Positions 1 through 10,168 of a stretch of DNA of 64,000 nt are shown in pieces. The notes under the pieces are model-generated. The model saw nothing but the letters and a program-made list of their open reading frames with translations, was not told the DNA's origin and did not search any database. The stretch is from a virus: positions 32,001-96,000 of the IMG/VR virus record IMGVR_UViG_3300042934_000426. One strand, written 5' to 3'. The position numbers and the translations under genes were made by a program. The number at the start of each line of letters is the position of its first letter. Position 1 is the stretch's first letter.

Positions 1-1383
1 CTGATTGTCTTCGGTTAGGTATTCGGTCGCTTCCGTAGGCGCGTCGCCTTTGGCTAGAGCTAAGTCCATTCGAAGCTCCCCACCCGCTCCGAAAAGGTTA
101 TCAGCGTTTAAAGAGGTGTCTTCGACTTCTTCGTCCGTTTCGATGGTGAAAGGGATGTCAGCTAGGAATTTCGTGTAGTCTAGCGCGCCCATTTCTACTA
201 GGGTAATGAACCCGTTATAATCAATGCCCGCTGGTACTTTGCGGTTATCCACCACAACTTCCCCGTTATCGTCTTCGAAGACCCATTTGTTTTCTTCAGG
301 TAGGGCTTCGACTGGCTTTACCGCTCTACCACCGTGTACTTTGCTCCAACAATGGTCGTAGAATTCACAGTAGGTTGGTTTGCTTGTCTTATGACCCCAG
401 CTACACGGGAATCCGTCAGGCTTATCGGCACAGCGTTCAGGGAATAGTTGGGCGATAGTTGCCTGGTCGCCTTCGGCTTCCGCTTTTTCCAGCGCTTCTT
501 TGATTGCCCATAGACGGCTGATTCGTGGTACAGCGCCTTCGATAGCTTCACCACCACCGAAGAATCGTTCGCTAGACACCATCACTCGAACGATATCACT
601 CGCTGGCTTGCCGTGTAAGTCTTCTTCGAAGGTGTACTCTTCGCCTTCGTGCATATCCTTCCACACGATTTGAACTTCTACCGTGTCATTGTTGTCTTTG
701 GATTCGATAAAGATAGAGCCATAAGGCGTATTGTGCATGTACATGTAGAACATGATTTGGTCGATATACCCGCCAATGTTGCTAACGTCACCTTTGTCCT
801 TGATAGCCTTGAAGCCCCATGGGTTCATCGTCTTAATGTCTGCTACCATGGTAATCGGTACATAGTCTTCAGCGATATTTCCCTCTTCGTCGAAGATACC
901 AATGCTATTTGCATAAGCTGGGTCTAGCTCTACGTCAATTTCCCATTGTTCGGTTTCTTCGTTGTACGTCGACCCTACCGTGACCATGTTTAACGCGTGA
1001 GCTCTAACGATATTCATATCAAGCAAGCCGTCATAATGACCCGCCCATTCCCACGGGAATTGAGCTAAGTATTCGTCATCCTTCGAAGACAGGCGTTCCT
1101 CCATGGAGATTAGGACACCCATTTGCTCCCAGGCTGTTTGGTATCGGTCATGAACAAAGTCCCCGTTTTCTAGCTGGCGAAGGTTCTGCGCTGACTTCGA
1201 TTGTTTCGGTAAGTTGTGAGCGAAAAATCCGTAAATGATTTTGCGGTCTTCCATTCCCATTTCCGAAGCTCGGAAGTAGTTCTTCGCTCCTGTGATTCCT
1301 TTCTTATCGGTGTATTGTGCTTTCACGTTTTCGTTGTGTTCCCGCTTTGCGACTTGGAAAACATCCATAGCTTTTGATAACAT
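1..1383 (-). CDS. Cas4/RecB-like PD-(D/E)XK exonuclease, 3' end outside the window
   Basis: Not in the ORF track (no stop in window). Hand translation from ATG 1383 (RBS AGGAGCTGG) gives YFRASEMG..RK, GDFVH, GHYDG, ADIKT, YIDQIMFY, and a C-terminal Cys cluster RC..PCSW..YCEFYDHCW. Confidence 0.75.
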   Translation of the reverse strand, partial: MLSKAMDVFQVAKREHNENVKAQYTDKKGITGAKNYFRASEMGMEDRKIIYGFFAHNLPKQSKSAQNLRQLENGDFVHDRYQTAWEQMGVLISMEERLSSKDDEYLAQFPWEWAGHYDGLLDMNIVRAHALNMVTVGSTYNEETEQWEIDVELDPAYANSIGIFDEEGNIAEDYVPITMVADIKTMNPWGFKAIKDKGDVSNIGGYIDQIMFYMYMHNTPYGSIFIESKDNNDTVEVQIVWKDMHEGEEYTFEEDLHGKPASDIVRVMVSSERFFGGGEAIEGAVPRISRLWAIKEALEKAEAEGDQATIAQLFPERCADKPDGFPCSWGHKTSKPTYCEFYDHCWSKVHGGRAVKPVEALPEENKWVFEDDNGEVVVDNRKVPAGIDYNGFITLVEMGALDYTKFLADIPFTIETDEEVEDTSLNADNLFGAGGELRMDLALAKGDAPTEATEYLTEDNQ

Positions 1384-1610
1384 TATTCCCCAGCTCCTTC
1401 AGTATCTTCTTCTTTGGTTTCTTTTACGTCATATACGTCTACGTCGTCTAGTTGGTCTGTGCTATCTAACCAATTTCGCCAATCCATAGCGTTCTCAATG
1501 GCTTCATTTTGCTTACGCTCGGATAGAGCGTCGAATTTCTCTTCGGTCATATCTAGCTCCACTTCAAAGTTCCCACGAAGGGTTATGCTACCTGACACTT
1601 TAATACCCAT
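1383..1610 (-). CDS. small acidic hypothetical protein
   Basis: ORF; start reassigned to ATG 1610 after RBS GGGAGCTGG. Confidence 0.6.
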   Translation of the reverse strand: MGIKVSGSITLRGNFEVELDMTEEKFDALSERKQNEAIENAMDWRNWLDSTDQLDDVDVYDVKETKEEDTEGAGE

Positions 1611-1657
1611 GTTTACCAGCTCCCTCTCTTTATTCCGTACGACTTGGTACGTTTTTA

Positions 1658-1686
1658 ATGGTATCATTATGTTTTGCATTTGTCAA
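1658..1686 (-). promoter_or_regulatory. sigmaA-type promoter
   Basis: TTGACA-17 bp-TACCAT with upstream TG. Confidence 0.55.
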
Positions 1687-1721
1687 CAACTTTATACAAG
1701 TGTGAACAAGTTAGTTTAAGG

Positions 1722-1746
1722 AAAAAGCGGGTGGTTAAACCCGCTT
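1722..1746 (-). terminator. rho-independent terminator after dUTPase
   Basis: AAGCGGG/CCCGCTT stem followed by a T-run on the minus strand. Confidence 0.6.
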
Positions 1747-1753
1747 CGGAATA

Positions 1754-2341
1754 CTACTTGTTGGTAGAACCTGAAGCCCCACGCTCCATTCCAGCTCTTC
1801 CAGCGTTCTCGAATCGTAGGATAGGGAGTAGGACGATTTGACCTAAACGCTCGAATCGATTAATATAAACGTCCTCTTTTGTATAGTTATAGAACATAAA
1901 GCCAATGTCCCCGTCATTGTCTTCGTTTCCGTAGTAATCACTTTCCACGACCCCTACCCCATTAGCTAGAAATAATCCTTTTTTCTTCGGAATACTAGAA
2001 CGAATGAATGGGAATAAGCCTTCCTCTTCGCCATTGAATTTCGCCTTGATACCTGTCGGTACGCTTTTGATTTGCCCAGGTGCGATAACAACCTCTTCGG
2101 AAGCGAAGCAATCCGCTCCGACCGCCTTCGGTGTCATATAAGTTGGTACAATTACCACGTCAGCCCCGAATAACTCTTCAACTGTTCCCTGTGCTACGGC
2201 TTCTTCGTATGCCCAATAGTCGACCATAATTTTACCTTCGACGGCTTCTAAGTAGCGTGTCATATCGCTTGTGTGTCCGAATATTGCTTGTTCTAGTCTT
2301 TCTTTTTGCTCTTCGTTGTACTGATTCATTTCTTTAAACAT
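1754..2341 (-). CDS. dut: trimeric dUTPase with N-terminal extension
   Basis: Motifs AVGADC, VPTGIK, IRSS, GVVESDYYG, GQIVL, RGASGST; start at ATG 2341 after RBS. Confidence 0.9.
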   Translation of the reverse strand: MFKEMNQYNEEQKERLEQAIFGHTSDMTRYLEAVEGKIMVDYWAYEEAVAQGTVEELFGADVVIVPTYMTPKAVGADCFASEEVVIAPGQIKSVPTGIKAKFNGEEEGLFPFIRSSIPKKKGLFLANGVGVVESDYYGNEDNDGDIGFMFYNYTKEDVYINRFERLGQIVLLPILRFENAGRAGMERGASGSTNK

Positions 2342-2346
2342 TTCTC

Positions 2347-2419
2347 CCAGCTCCTTCAATAGAATAGGGACGGTTTCCCGTCCCTTATTAGTATACATAC
2401 GTTGTTCATTATTGTCTAC
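2347..2419 (-). promoter_or_regulatory. promoter-hairpin-RBS cassette, copy 1
   Basis: GTAGA-N13-CGTATGTAT, then GC hairpin AGGGACGG-GAAA-CCGTCCCT, then AGGAGCTGG. Confidence 0.7.
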
Positions 2420-2425
2420 GGTTGT

Positions 2426-5116
2426 CTAGCGTGTAGGGCAATGACCGCCCTGACATTCTACCATTTCAGCTAATGACATTTCATTATCTTCGAAGTCCCC
2501 TGAAGCCATTAATAGGTTGTAAAGGTCATGTGGCTTCATATGGATTTTCTTGTTCATAGCTTCCCATGTTTCCTTCGAAGTCGGTTCATACGGTGCTTGG
2601 ATATACCCATGACCACTATAAGGCAATAATGAAGTCGATTTGATTCTCATACGGTATTGCTCTAGTTGGTGCTTAATTTTCGGCTTTTCGTCTTCATGGA
2701 ACGTGATGGTGCATGAGACCATGTTGTCAGCCCAATACACGCACATTAAGCTCTGTAAGGCGAATTGCTCTTCGATGGTTACTTCATCCGCACTTCGGAA
2801 GTCTGCATAGTCAGCCGTCGGTGCTTTGAACGGAAATTCGATGACGTGACTTCCTGGATTTTGACTGGCTGGCTCTGTGTAGTACCCAGCTAATTCCACT
2901 AGCTTCAGAAGCGGGTCATTCGATTGTACACGAATTCGACGCTTTCCGTATCGGAAGTAGTGACTGTGAATCCCTGGTGAGATTCCTGATAGCAACGCTA
3001 CTGTCCCTGACGGTTTATTAGTCGTGTCACGTACCGAAGGATTGACCTGGTAGCCCAACGCCTGTGTAAGAAGGGCTGAATATTCAATATCGGACTGAAT
3101 CACTAGCTTATACATGTAGTCGATTTCTTGTAAGAGCTCCTGATTGTACATAGGCTCTAGGCGATATTTATCTTGGTAGCCTTCTTTTGCCAGCTTCCGA
3201 ACCAGGTACTTTCTGCGACGGTTCTCACGGTGACCCTTCTTAATGTGTAGGTCGTTCATAAATACGTAAAGGTCAGCCAGTTTCTCTTCCGAAGGTGGGG
3301 TATTTCCTCTCACAATGTCTACAGGTTTTACGTCTTGGTCTTTCCATAGCTGGTCATGCCATTCGTCTATATCGTAGACTTTCCAGCCTGTGATAGCTCC
3401 TTTACCGAATTTCAGTAACACCCAATCCATCACGCCTGATAAAGATACTCCGATACGACGGTTACGGTTGATGACTTGTGCTGATTGCTCCCAATCGTAC
3501 TTCGTGAACGTGACCCGCTTCGTTAAGTGAACCATGAACGGGATAACCTCTTCGTGCTTGATTCCTAGTCGGTGAGCGACAGGCAAGTGGTACTCGACCA
3601 GGTTACAAGGCTCGCCTGATTCTAGCGGGATTTCCATACAAGGATTACCGCCACGGGCTTTGTCGGTCTTCGCTTTGTAGCCGTCTATGATTCTTCCGAA
3701 GTTCTGCGCTAGGAATCGGTTAAAGATTCCAGGTTCTCCATTCGCTTCGATAGCGGGTGCAATGAACCCGAAGTCGTAGTTTCGTGGGTCGTCAATCACG
3801 ATACTGTTATTCGAAGCCCAACGGTGGTTATTTTGCGCCCATGCCGTTTCGTAGTCTTCGGAAGCTTGCTCGAATGAATACCCTTCAACCATGAGCTCTT
3901 CAACGGTCTTCAGCACAGGTTCGAATTTCTTCGTCTTTTCGTTCTCTACCCATTCCTTCACCACATGACCGACTAATAAGTAGTTTTTCATGTTGGTAAA
4001 CTTCTTGTCTTTATTGCTTCCTAGCGCAACTTCAGCCGTTCTTCTCACGTTACCCGCTACCGTACAACGTCCAGCGTGGTTGTGTAGGTCTGTCGCTAGC
4101 ACCGAATCAATATACCCACCGACACGTTCGTTTAGCTTCTTATTAGCATACCAAAGTAATTCTAATAGGGGAGCACTTCCTGAAGCCGTGCCACCGAAGC
4201 CTTTGATAGGTTTCCCACTTTCACGAATGTCGGATAGGTCAAATTCAATGTCCACCGTCTTTTCGTGTCTGAAGTGCTCGTCGATGGTAACTCCGTAAGA
4301 TTCAGCCCAGCCTTCTCGCTCGTCACCAATCATCATATAGTGACCCCTAGGCACAACAACGCCTGTATTGAAGCTAGCCCCTAATTCAATCGCTTTCGCC
4401 TTGACCTCTTCGAAGTCAGGATGGTCTTCCCGAAGTCGGAAGTAAAGATTCACCTTGTTCCGAACCATCGGAATTTCAGCCACGACGTCTTCTTCAGCGG
4501 AGAAGCCGACGCCCCCGCCCTTCATCGATTGGTCGAATAAGAACACGAACGGGTACGAAGGAAGCTTTTCATTCGGGTCAATTTCCCAATTCTTAAAGAT
4601 TTGGTTGCTTTCCCCGTAGTGCCACGGTCTTGTCTCGACGAACCAGCAATTATTGAAAGCGTCCCCTGTGCGCTCCGCAAACGGTGTACCTGAAATCCAT
4701 AGCCCACGTCCAGGTGGCGTAAAGACTAGATTCCATATGAGGCGGTAGAGCTTCTGTCCGTATTCCTGGGTAACCACAGGGTCGTCAGCTAAGATATTCA
4801 AGTTCCCTTCGACTACTCTTCGAACCACTTCTGTCCACTCTTCTGTACGAATCGAAGTACCATCGGCACGCTCTACCCGTCTAGCATAGGTACGCTTAAA
4901 GGTAAACCAGCCCAGCTCGCCCCAGCCTGGCTCTTTGCCGACGAATTCAGCGATAAAATCATCGTCCAGCTTGAACGGTGCTTTGACCAATACATTTCTG
5001 ACCTTCCGAAGGTCGATTGTTGCATACTCATTGTTGGCTACTTTTTGTGCTACTTGTGCTTCGAAGGGAAGGATATTCCCGATACCCATCGTATTAATGG
5101 TTTGCACGTTTGACAT
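2426..5116 (-). CDS. nrdJ: class II (B12-dependent) monomeric ribonucleotide reductase
   Basis: PPGRGLW, NNCWF, GNVRRTA, NPCME, CNLVE, KPSGTV and C-terminal CQGGHCP redox pair. Confidence 0.93.
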   Translation of the reverse strand: MSNVQTINTMGIGNILPFEAQVAQKVANNEYATIDLRKVRNVLVKAPFKLDDDFIAEFVGKEPGWGELGWFTFKRTYARRVERADGTSIRTEEWTEVVRRVVEGNLNILADDPVVTQEYGQKLYRLIWNLVFTPPGRGLWISGTPFAERTGDAFNNCWFVETRPWHYGESNQIFKNWEIDPNEKLPSYPFVFLFDQSMKGGGVGFSAEEDVVAEIPMVRNKVNLYFRLREDHPDFEEVKAKAIELGASFNTGVVVPRGHYMMIGDEREGWAESYGVTIDEHFRHEKTVDIEFDLSDIRESGKPIKGFGGTASGSAPLLELLWYANKKLNERVGGYIDSVLATDLHNHAGRCTVAGNVRRTAEVALGSNKDKKFTNMKNYLLVGHVVKEWVENEKTKKFEPVLKTVEELMVEGYSFEQASEDYETAWAQNNHRWASNNSIVIDDPRNYDFGFIAPAIEANGEPGIFNRFLAQNFGRIIDGYKAKTDKARGGNPCMEIPLESGEPCNLVEYHLPVAHRLGIKHEEVIPFMVHLTKRVTFTKYDWEQSAQVINRNRRIGVSLSGVMDWVLLKFGKGAITGWKVYDIDEWHDQLWKDQDVKPVDIVRGNTPPSEEKLADLYVFMNDLHIKKGHRENRRRKYLVRKLAKEGYQDKYRLEPMYNQELLQEIDYMYKLVIQSDIEYSALLTQALGYQVNPSVRDTTNKPSGTVALLSGISPGIHSHYFRYGKRRIRVQSNDPLLKLVELAGYYTEPASQNPGSHVIEFPFKAPTADYADFRSADEVTIEEQFALQSLMCVYWADNMVSCTITFHEDEKPKIKHQLEQYRMRIKSTSLLPYSGHGYIQAPYEPTSKETWEAMNKKIHMKPHDLYNLLMASGDFEDNEMSLAEMVECQGGHCPTR

Positions 5117-5121
5117 GTTTA

Positions 5122-5634
5122 CTACCCCCTGATTAGTGTTTGATATTTAGCGAGCCCGATTCCCACGCTGTCCCATACGTGTGTAGGCTGTCGTTTAAGA
5201 AGCTCTTCAGCTTCGGGAAGTGTATGTTTCACATAATGCTTCACTTGCTCTTTATTCGCCCGCATAACCCCTAGCGCGAGTTTTTTCCATTCGCCATTCT
5301 CATAGACAGTGACTTCGTAGCCCATGCTACGCCCGACCATGCGAAGGTGCTCTGTCAACCATGCCATTTCTTTATAGGTCTTTCCGACGGCTTTTCCTTG
5401 TTCGGTAAAGTCCTCAATGACGACGTGTTCGGGCTTAATGACCGATATAAGCTGACGCATATTGCCTCCGATAATATCAATCCTCTGTCGAACATCCCCG
5501 TCTGCCTTCGAAGTTCGAATGACCCCGAAATGTCTTGTCATTCCTACGGTTTTCCCCTCATAAAGAATAGAGGCGTAGCCACAATTCTCGGTGCCTGGGT
5601 CGAAAGCTAGTATTCGATTCATTCGGTCTTTCAT
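5122..5634 (-). CDS. ruvC: RuvC-like Holliday junction resolvase
   Basis: ILAFDPGT..CGY, VVIED, ANKEQV, H.WDSVGIG. Confidence 0.85.
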   Translation of the reverse strand: MKDRMNRILAFDPGTENCGYASILYEGKTVGMTRHFGVIRTSKADGDVRQRIDIIGGNMRQLISVIKPEHVVIEDFTEQGKAVGKTYKEMAWLTEHLRMVGRSMGYEVTVYENGEWKKLALGVMRANKEQVKHYVKHTLPEAEELLKRQPTHVWDSVGIGLAKYQTLIRG

Positions 5635-5651
5635 GTAACCAGCCCCTCACT

Positions 5652-5712
5652 TGTCGAACCTTGTCGAATATGTTATGATAAAGTCACCAGCCTAGGCTGG
5701 GCTTTTGTCGAA
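5652..5712. promoter_or_regulatory. three TGTCGAA (Spo0A-box-like) sites
   Basis: TGTCGAA at 5652, 5662 and 5706 in the tmk-ruvC intergenic region. Confidence 0.5.
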
Positions 5713-5790
5713 AACTTCTTTGTTTAGTTTATAAATATTTTGGTCATACTAGGGATAAGCTAGCATATCCTAGGTAGTGAAGCGAAGGCG

Positions 5791-6426
5791 TCAGGGTTTC
5801 GGAAGCTCCTGACAGGCTACCCCCAGCCGTTGTTTCACGATTTCGAATATCTCTTGTGCGATAGCTTCTTCGTCCCGATTGCCATTAAGAAGCACGTACC
5901 GCTCCGACTTCGAAGTCAAGTGAAGTAAAGCCTTTTTTGCTCGCTGGTAAAACTTATCGTTTTCTAGCTCTAATCGGTCGTTCTTATCGAGCGGACGATG
6001 GGCTGTACCGTCAATGACAAACGTTACATCAGGTAAGAGCGAACCCGTCGTCGCATGATGTAACCGCCATAAAAAAGCGGTTTTCCAACCACGACCCGCT
6101 CCCTGATAGGCTAATGTAGTGTCAAAGTATCGGTCACTAATCACGATTTTGCCTTCCTTTAGCGACGGCTTCAGTACTTCTTTGTAATGCTGGGCACGGT
6201 CGGCTAGGAATAAGAACAACTCAGTAGCCTTCGATAATCGATTGTTCGGATTTTTCAGAATTACTCTGATTTGCTGACCCAGCTTAGTACCCCCTGGCTC
6301 ACAGGTCAACACCACGTCTAAGCCTACGTCCCTAAGTTTAGACGATAATAGGGAAGCCTGTGTAGTCTTCCCTATTCCTTCCTTCGTACTTTCGAAAGTA
6401 ACAAAAAACCCTTTTTTCTTCGCCAT
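5791..6426 (-). CDS. tmk: thymidylate kinase
   Basis: P-loop GIGKTTQ, EPGGT, LFLADRAQH, SDRYFDTTLAYQG, PDVTF. Confidence 0.92.
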   Translation of the reverse strand: MAKKKGFFVTFESTKEGIGKTTQASLLSSKLRDVGLDVVLTCEPGGTKLGQQIRVILKNPNNRLSKATELFLFLADRAQHYKEVLKPSLKEGKIVISDRYFDTTLAYQGAGRGWKTAFLWRLHHATTGSLLPDVTFVIDGTAHRPLDKNDRLELENDKFYQRAKKALLHLTSKSERYVLLNGNRDEEAIAQEIFEIVKQRLGVACQELPKP

Positions 6427-6466
6427 TCCTCATGACCTCACTTTCGTTTTCTCATTTCCTGGATAC

Positions 6467-7066
6467 CTAATATACATACCCCGAAAAATATTCTCTACGG
6501 ACTTTCGTTAATTTCCGATAAATTAAGTCGTACTGCTTTGCTGTAGGCTTCGGTAGCTCTTCCACATAGTCCGTCATGTGCGCGATTCGCCAGTCAATCG
6601 GTGGCATATTGGCATATGCCACTCGCTCCATTCCCAGGTATTCGCTCTTCCAGTCATAGCTTCGATGAATGTCAGGGAAATACGTGTCGCCTTCGAAGGC
6701 TTCGCCTACGGTGGTGATATAGAACTCTTCAATATACGGAAGGAACGCTTTATAGACTTCGGAACCACCTATTACCCATACGTCTTTTTCAGGGTGTCTA
6801 TTCGCTATCGCTAACACAGGTTCTATACGGTCGAACGTAGGTTCATAGTAGCTTATAGGTAGTCGCTGACGAGATAGTACAACATTATGTCGATTCGGAA
6901 GTGGTTCACATCCCATGCTCTCGAAGGTTTTTCGTCCCATGACTACGGTATGCCCTTCGGTTAGACTTCGGAAGTGCTTACCATCCAGGGGCTTATCGCC
7001 CCATGGCATTTGTCCATTCTTTCCCATGACCCCGTTGGCTCCAATGCACACAATCGCTTTTATCAT
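6467..7066 (-). CDS. folA: dihydrofolate reductase
   Basis: [43 protein letters not shown]. Confidence 0.93.
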   Translation of the reverse strand: MIKAIVCIGANGVMGKNGQMPWGDKPLDGKHFRSLTEGHTVVMGRKTFESMGCEPLPNRHNVVLSRQRLPISYYEPTFDRIEPVLAIANRHPEKDVWVIGGSEVYKAFLPYIEEFYITTVGEAFEGDTYFPDIHRSYDWKSEYLGMERVAYANMPPIDWRIAHMTDYVEELPKPTAKQYDLIYRKLTKVRREYFSGYVY

Positions 7067-7974
7067 GAGCTTTGTTCCCCTTTAATCGCTGGGTATGGGT
7101 CATAGCCTTCTAACTCGAAGTCGCTTCGGGTGAAGCCGTTAATGTCCCGAACGGATGGGTTTAGGTGCATAGTCGGTAAAGGCTTCGGCTCACGGCTGAT
7201 TTGCTCCTTGATTTGGTCTAGGTGGTTGTTATAGATATGAGCGTCCCCGAAGGTGTGGATGAACTCACCAGGCTTCAGTCCGACTACCTGGGCAATCATC
7301 ATCGTAAGCAAGCTATACGAAGCGATATTGTACGGAACGCCTAGGAAAATGTCGGCACTTCGCTGGTAAAGCTGGCAATCAAGATATCCGTCACGTACGT
7401 AAAATTGGAAGAGTACGTGACACGGTGGTAACGCCATATCGTCCAGCTCGCCAGGATTCCAGGCACTTACAAGGTGTCTTCGTCCATCAGGGTCAGCTAC
7501 TAATAATACTATGACCCTAGCAATTTGGTCGATTGTACCCCTATAACCTAGTTTATCGGCAATCGCCCAGCTACGCCATTGGTGACCATAAATATTACCT
7601 AGATTAGCCATCCTAGGGAGGAATTTCGGGTCGAATTCTTTCACCTTCGCCACGAATTCCTTATACGTAAGCCCTTCGTATTCACCTTTGTAGGTTCGTT
7701 GGTAGTACTTGTAAGCGTCCCGATTCCATATATGAATCCCCTTGTCGACTAACGGCTTAATATTGGTTTCGCCACGTAAGAACCATAGAAGCTCTTCGAT
7801 AATGCCGTCTAAACGAACTCCGCTCATATCCTTCGTTGTCATGAGCGGGAAGCCTTCTTGAAGATTGAATCTCATTTGATAACCGAAGACGCTAATTGTC
7901 CCCGTTCCTGTACGGTCGCCCTTCGACAACCCGTTTGCTAGCACATGCTGGCATAATTCTAAGTATTGTTTCAT
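7063..7974 (-). CDS. thyA: thymidylate synthase
   Basis: [39 protein letters not shown]; start is 7974 or 7980. Confidence 0.96.
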   Translation of the reverse strand: MKQYLELCQHVLANGLSKGDRTGTGTISVFGYQMRFNLQEGFPLMTTKDMSGVRLDGIIEELLWFLRGETNIKPLVDKGIHIWNRDAYKYYQRTYKGEYEGLTYKEFVAKVKEFDPKFLPRMANLGNIYGHQWRSWAIADKLGYRGTIDQIARVIVLLVADPDGRRHLVSAWNPGELDDMALPPCHVLFQFYVRDGYLDCQLYQRSADIFLGVPYNIASYSLLTMMIAQVVGLKPGEFIHTFGDAHIYNNHLDQIKEQISREPKPLPTMHLNPSVRDINGFTRSDFELEGYDPYPAIKGEQSS

Positions 7975-8064
7975 ACTCATTTCACCCTTTCGGTCTTTTG
8001 ATTGTACCATGGTTTTTGTTCTTCTACATATGGTGTCTTCGGAAGTCAGACTTGTTAAAATTAC

Positions 8065-8862
8065 TCAAAATGTAGGAGCTAACAAATGGTCTTTGCCTAG
8101 TGCTTGAGCATGCCTTTTAATCCAATCTTTAGACTTATGGAAATACCCCTCTTCGGTGTCTTTTTCGAAACCGATAAAATTCCTATTCGTATTTAAACAG
8201 GCTATACCTATCGTCCCCGCACCACTTACATTATCTAAAATTAAAGACTTTCTACCTTCGGAAGAGTAGGTTTTGATAATTTTTTCATAGAGCTCAATCG
8301 GCTTTTGGGTAGGGTGAAATTTCCTAGCGTCATCATTATTCATAACAGGTATATCCCATACGCTTGTAGGGTAGCGGTCGGTTTGCCCACCACCACTAAC
8401 ACCTTGTTTTGTTTTTCCGTAGTTTGTGCCATCGCTTGTATTTTTTGTGTAACTATTAACAGGGCTATGCCCCGTTGTTTTTTGTGGATTATACACAGGT
8501 AGCTTTTTATAAAATACTAGAATAGCTTCATGGCTTCGAAGGGGCATTTTATTCGCATTTAAAAAGCCTGTGCTTTTATTTTTTTGCCATATAATATCGT
8601 AGCGAAATAATTTAGGATTACTCATAATGAGCATAGACGCAAATGGTTGAGTAGCTGTAAAAACAATTACTCCGTCGTCTTTTATAATCCTCTCGTACTG
8701 CTCCCAAAGTGGTTCAAAGGGGATAATAATATCCCATTTATTCTGCGAAGTCACTCCATAGGGTAAGTCTGCGATAACCAAATCAACAGTCTTATCATCA
8801 ATTAAGCACATACCTTTAGAACCGATACAGTCTTCATTATAAATATTATTTATCTCTAGCAT
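8065..8862 (-). CDS. N4-C/N6-A DNA methyltransferase (beta class)
   Basis: Catalytic DLPY motif before the SAM-binding LDNVSGAGT, plus HPTQKP; visibly AT-richer than neighbours. Confidence 0.88.
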   Translation of the reverse strand: MLEINNIYNEDCIGSKGMCLIDDKTVDLVIADLPYGVTSQNKWDIIIPFEPLWEQYERIIKDDGVIVFTATQPFASMLIMSNPKLFRYDIIWQKNKSTGFLNANKMPLRSHEAILVFYKKLPVYNPQKTTGHSPVNSYTKNTSDGTNYGKTKQGVSGGGQTDRYPTSVWDIPVMNNDDARKFHPTQKPIELYEKIIKTYSSEGRKSLILDNVSGAGTIGIACLNTNRNFIGFEKDTEEGYFHKSKDWIKRHAQALGKDHLLAPTF

Positions 8863-8914
8863 TACTACCAGCTCCTTTTCTACCCAACTACTAAAATTGT
8901 AGGTTTTGATTCTA

Positions 8915-9619
8915 CTATACCTTTTCGAAGATGATTAAAGCGGAACCGATTGACCGTTCTCTGCCGTCGCTGACTTCGTTAACAATCGTCATGCCTTTAT
9001 CCGTGCGAACCATCATTTCACTAGAACCGCCACCGTCCGCATTAATCGCATTGACACAGCCTAACGCCTTCATAATTTCCGCTGATTCTTTCCCCGTCAC
9101 ACCTGTACTATCCCCGCTTCGACCCTCTACGACAACCAGGACGATATTGCTGTTTGCTTTCTGACCAATAAGCGTTCTCGGATTACGCGTCTTAAAGTGT
9201 GCATAGCGATTCGCCCCTAAAAAGACCGCTTCCCCGTCTACTAATACCGAATAGGACAATGACCCACCCCAAAGAACTTTCTCTTTTAATTCAGGAACCT
9301 GTTTAGCATTTAGCTGGGTAACGACGAAGCGCCCTTTCTTATCCAGGTAACATTCCGCGTTATCTCCGTTCGGATTCCCTTTGGCTTCCCCGTCGAACAT
9401 AACTAGCCCGTTATGCTCCGCGTTGCCTCCAAAATAGCCCAGGTTAATTTTTGCAACTTCTCTGAAGCCCTTTTTCTCCATAGCGGTATGACGAAGAACG
9501 GATAGGCGTTCCAGCTTTCCTGCCGTTCCGAAGCTTATAGCTGACGGATTTTTAATCGGGTTAAATTCATAGACATACACATCACTATTAAACAATCGTT
9601 TCTTATAAAATTTCGGCAT
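8915..9619 (-). CDS. phosphodiester glycosidase (NAGPA-family) domain protein
   Basis: INLGYF, NPRTLIG, VVEGR, A.NADGGGSS, ERSIGSAL. Confidence 0.75.
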   Translation of the reverse strand: MPKFYKKRLFNSDVYVYEFNPIKNPSAISFGTAGKLERLSVLRHTAMEKKGFREVAKINLGYFGGNAEHNGLVMFDGEAKGNPNGDNAECYLDKKGRFVVTQLNAKQVPELKEKVLWGGSLSYSVLVDGEAVFLGANRYAHFKTRNPRTLIGQKANSNIVLVVVEGRSGDSTGVTGKESAEIMKALGCVNAINADGGGSSEMMVRTDKGMTIVNEVSDGRERSIGSALIIFEKV

Positions 9620-9883
9620 TTTTTACTCCCCTTTCGTTGTGCTAATAGCGGATTACGCACTACTTCTTTTTTGAGTATCTTCCGATAGTGAACGCTACCA
9701 CTACAGAAACACCATAAAACCAACCTTCATAACTAATCCCTAAAAACATGTTACTCACCCTTTCTTACTATTTCTGTTTTACATGTTGGACACTTGTACT
9801 CATACTGATTATTAAACTCCTGTCCGCAAAAATCACATTTGTTATCCAATTCCCTCACCTAACTGTTGCGTCATTTGGTTCCA

Positions 9884-10168
9884 TTATTCAAAATGTAAGA
9901 ACTTCTCTTCCCAATCTTCGACGATTAATACGATTCCGAAGTCCAGCTTAAAATAGCGGAAAATCGGTGAATGAGCGGACACTTCCGTCCCTAGTTCGGG
10001 TCGTTGATAGAAACCTTCAATTCGGCTCATATGGGCAATAATATCAGGGTTGATGTGAAGTTCTTTCGGGTAGTTAAGAACGTAATGGTCATACATACGA
10101 CCTAGCGTGTTTAGGTGCTGGAAAAATTCAGTTAACTGTTGTTTGTATTCAGCGTCTTTAATTGCCAT
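9884..10168 (-). CDS. hypothetical protein
   Basis: ORF in a tightly packed operon. Confidence 0.6.
   Translation of the reverse strand: MAIKDAEYKQQLTEFFQHLNTLGRMYDHYVLNYPKELHINPDIIAHMSRIEGFYQRPELGTEVSAHSPIFRYFKLDFGIVLIVEDWEEKFLHFE

Noticed and set aside
318-557. 79-aa minus-strand ORF
   Set aside because: It lies out of frame inside the Cas4-like gene (1-1383)
1754-8010. Modified-base (hmU or dU) genome pathway
   Set aside because: dUTPase, canonical ThyA, DHFR and Tmk indicate ordinary dTTP synthesis
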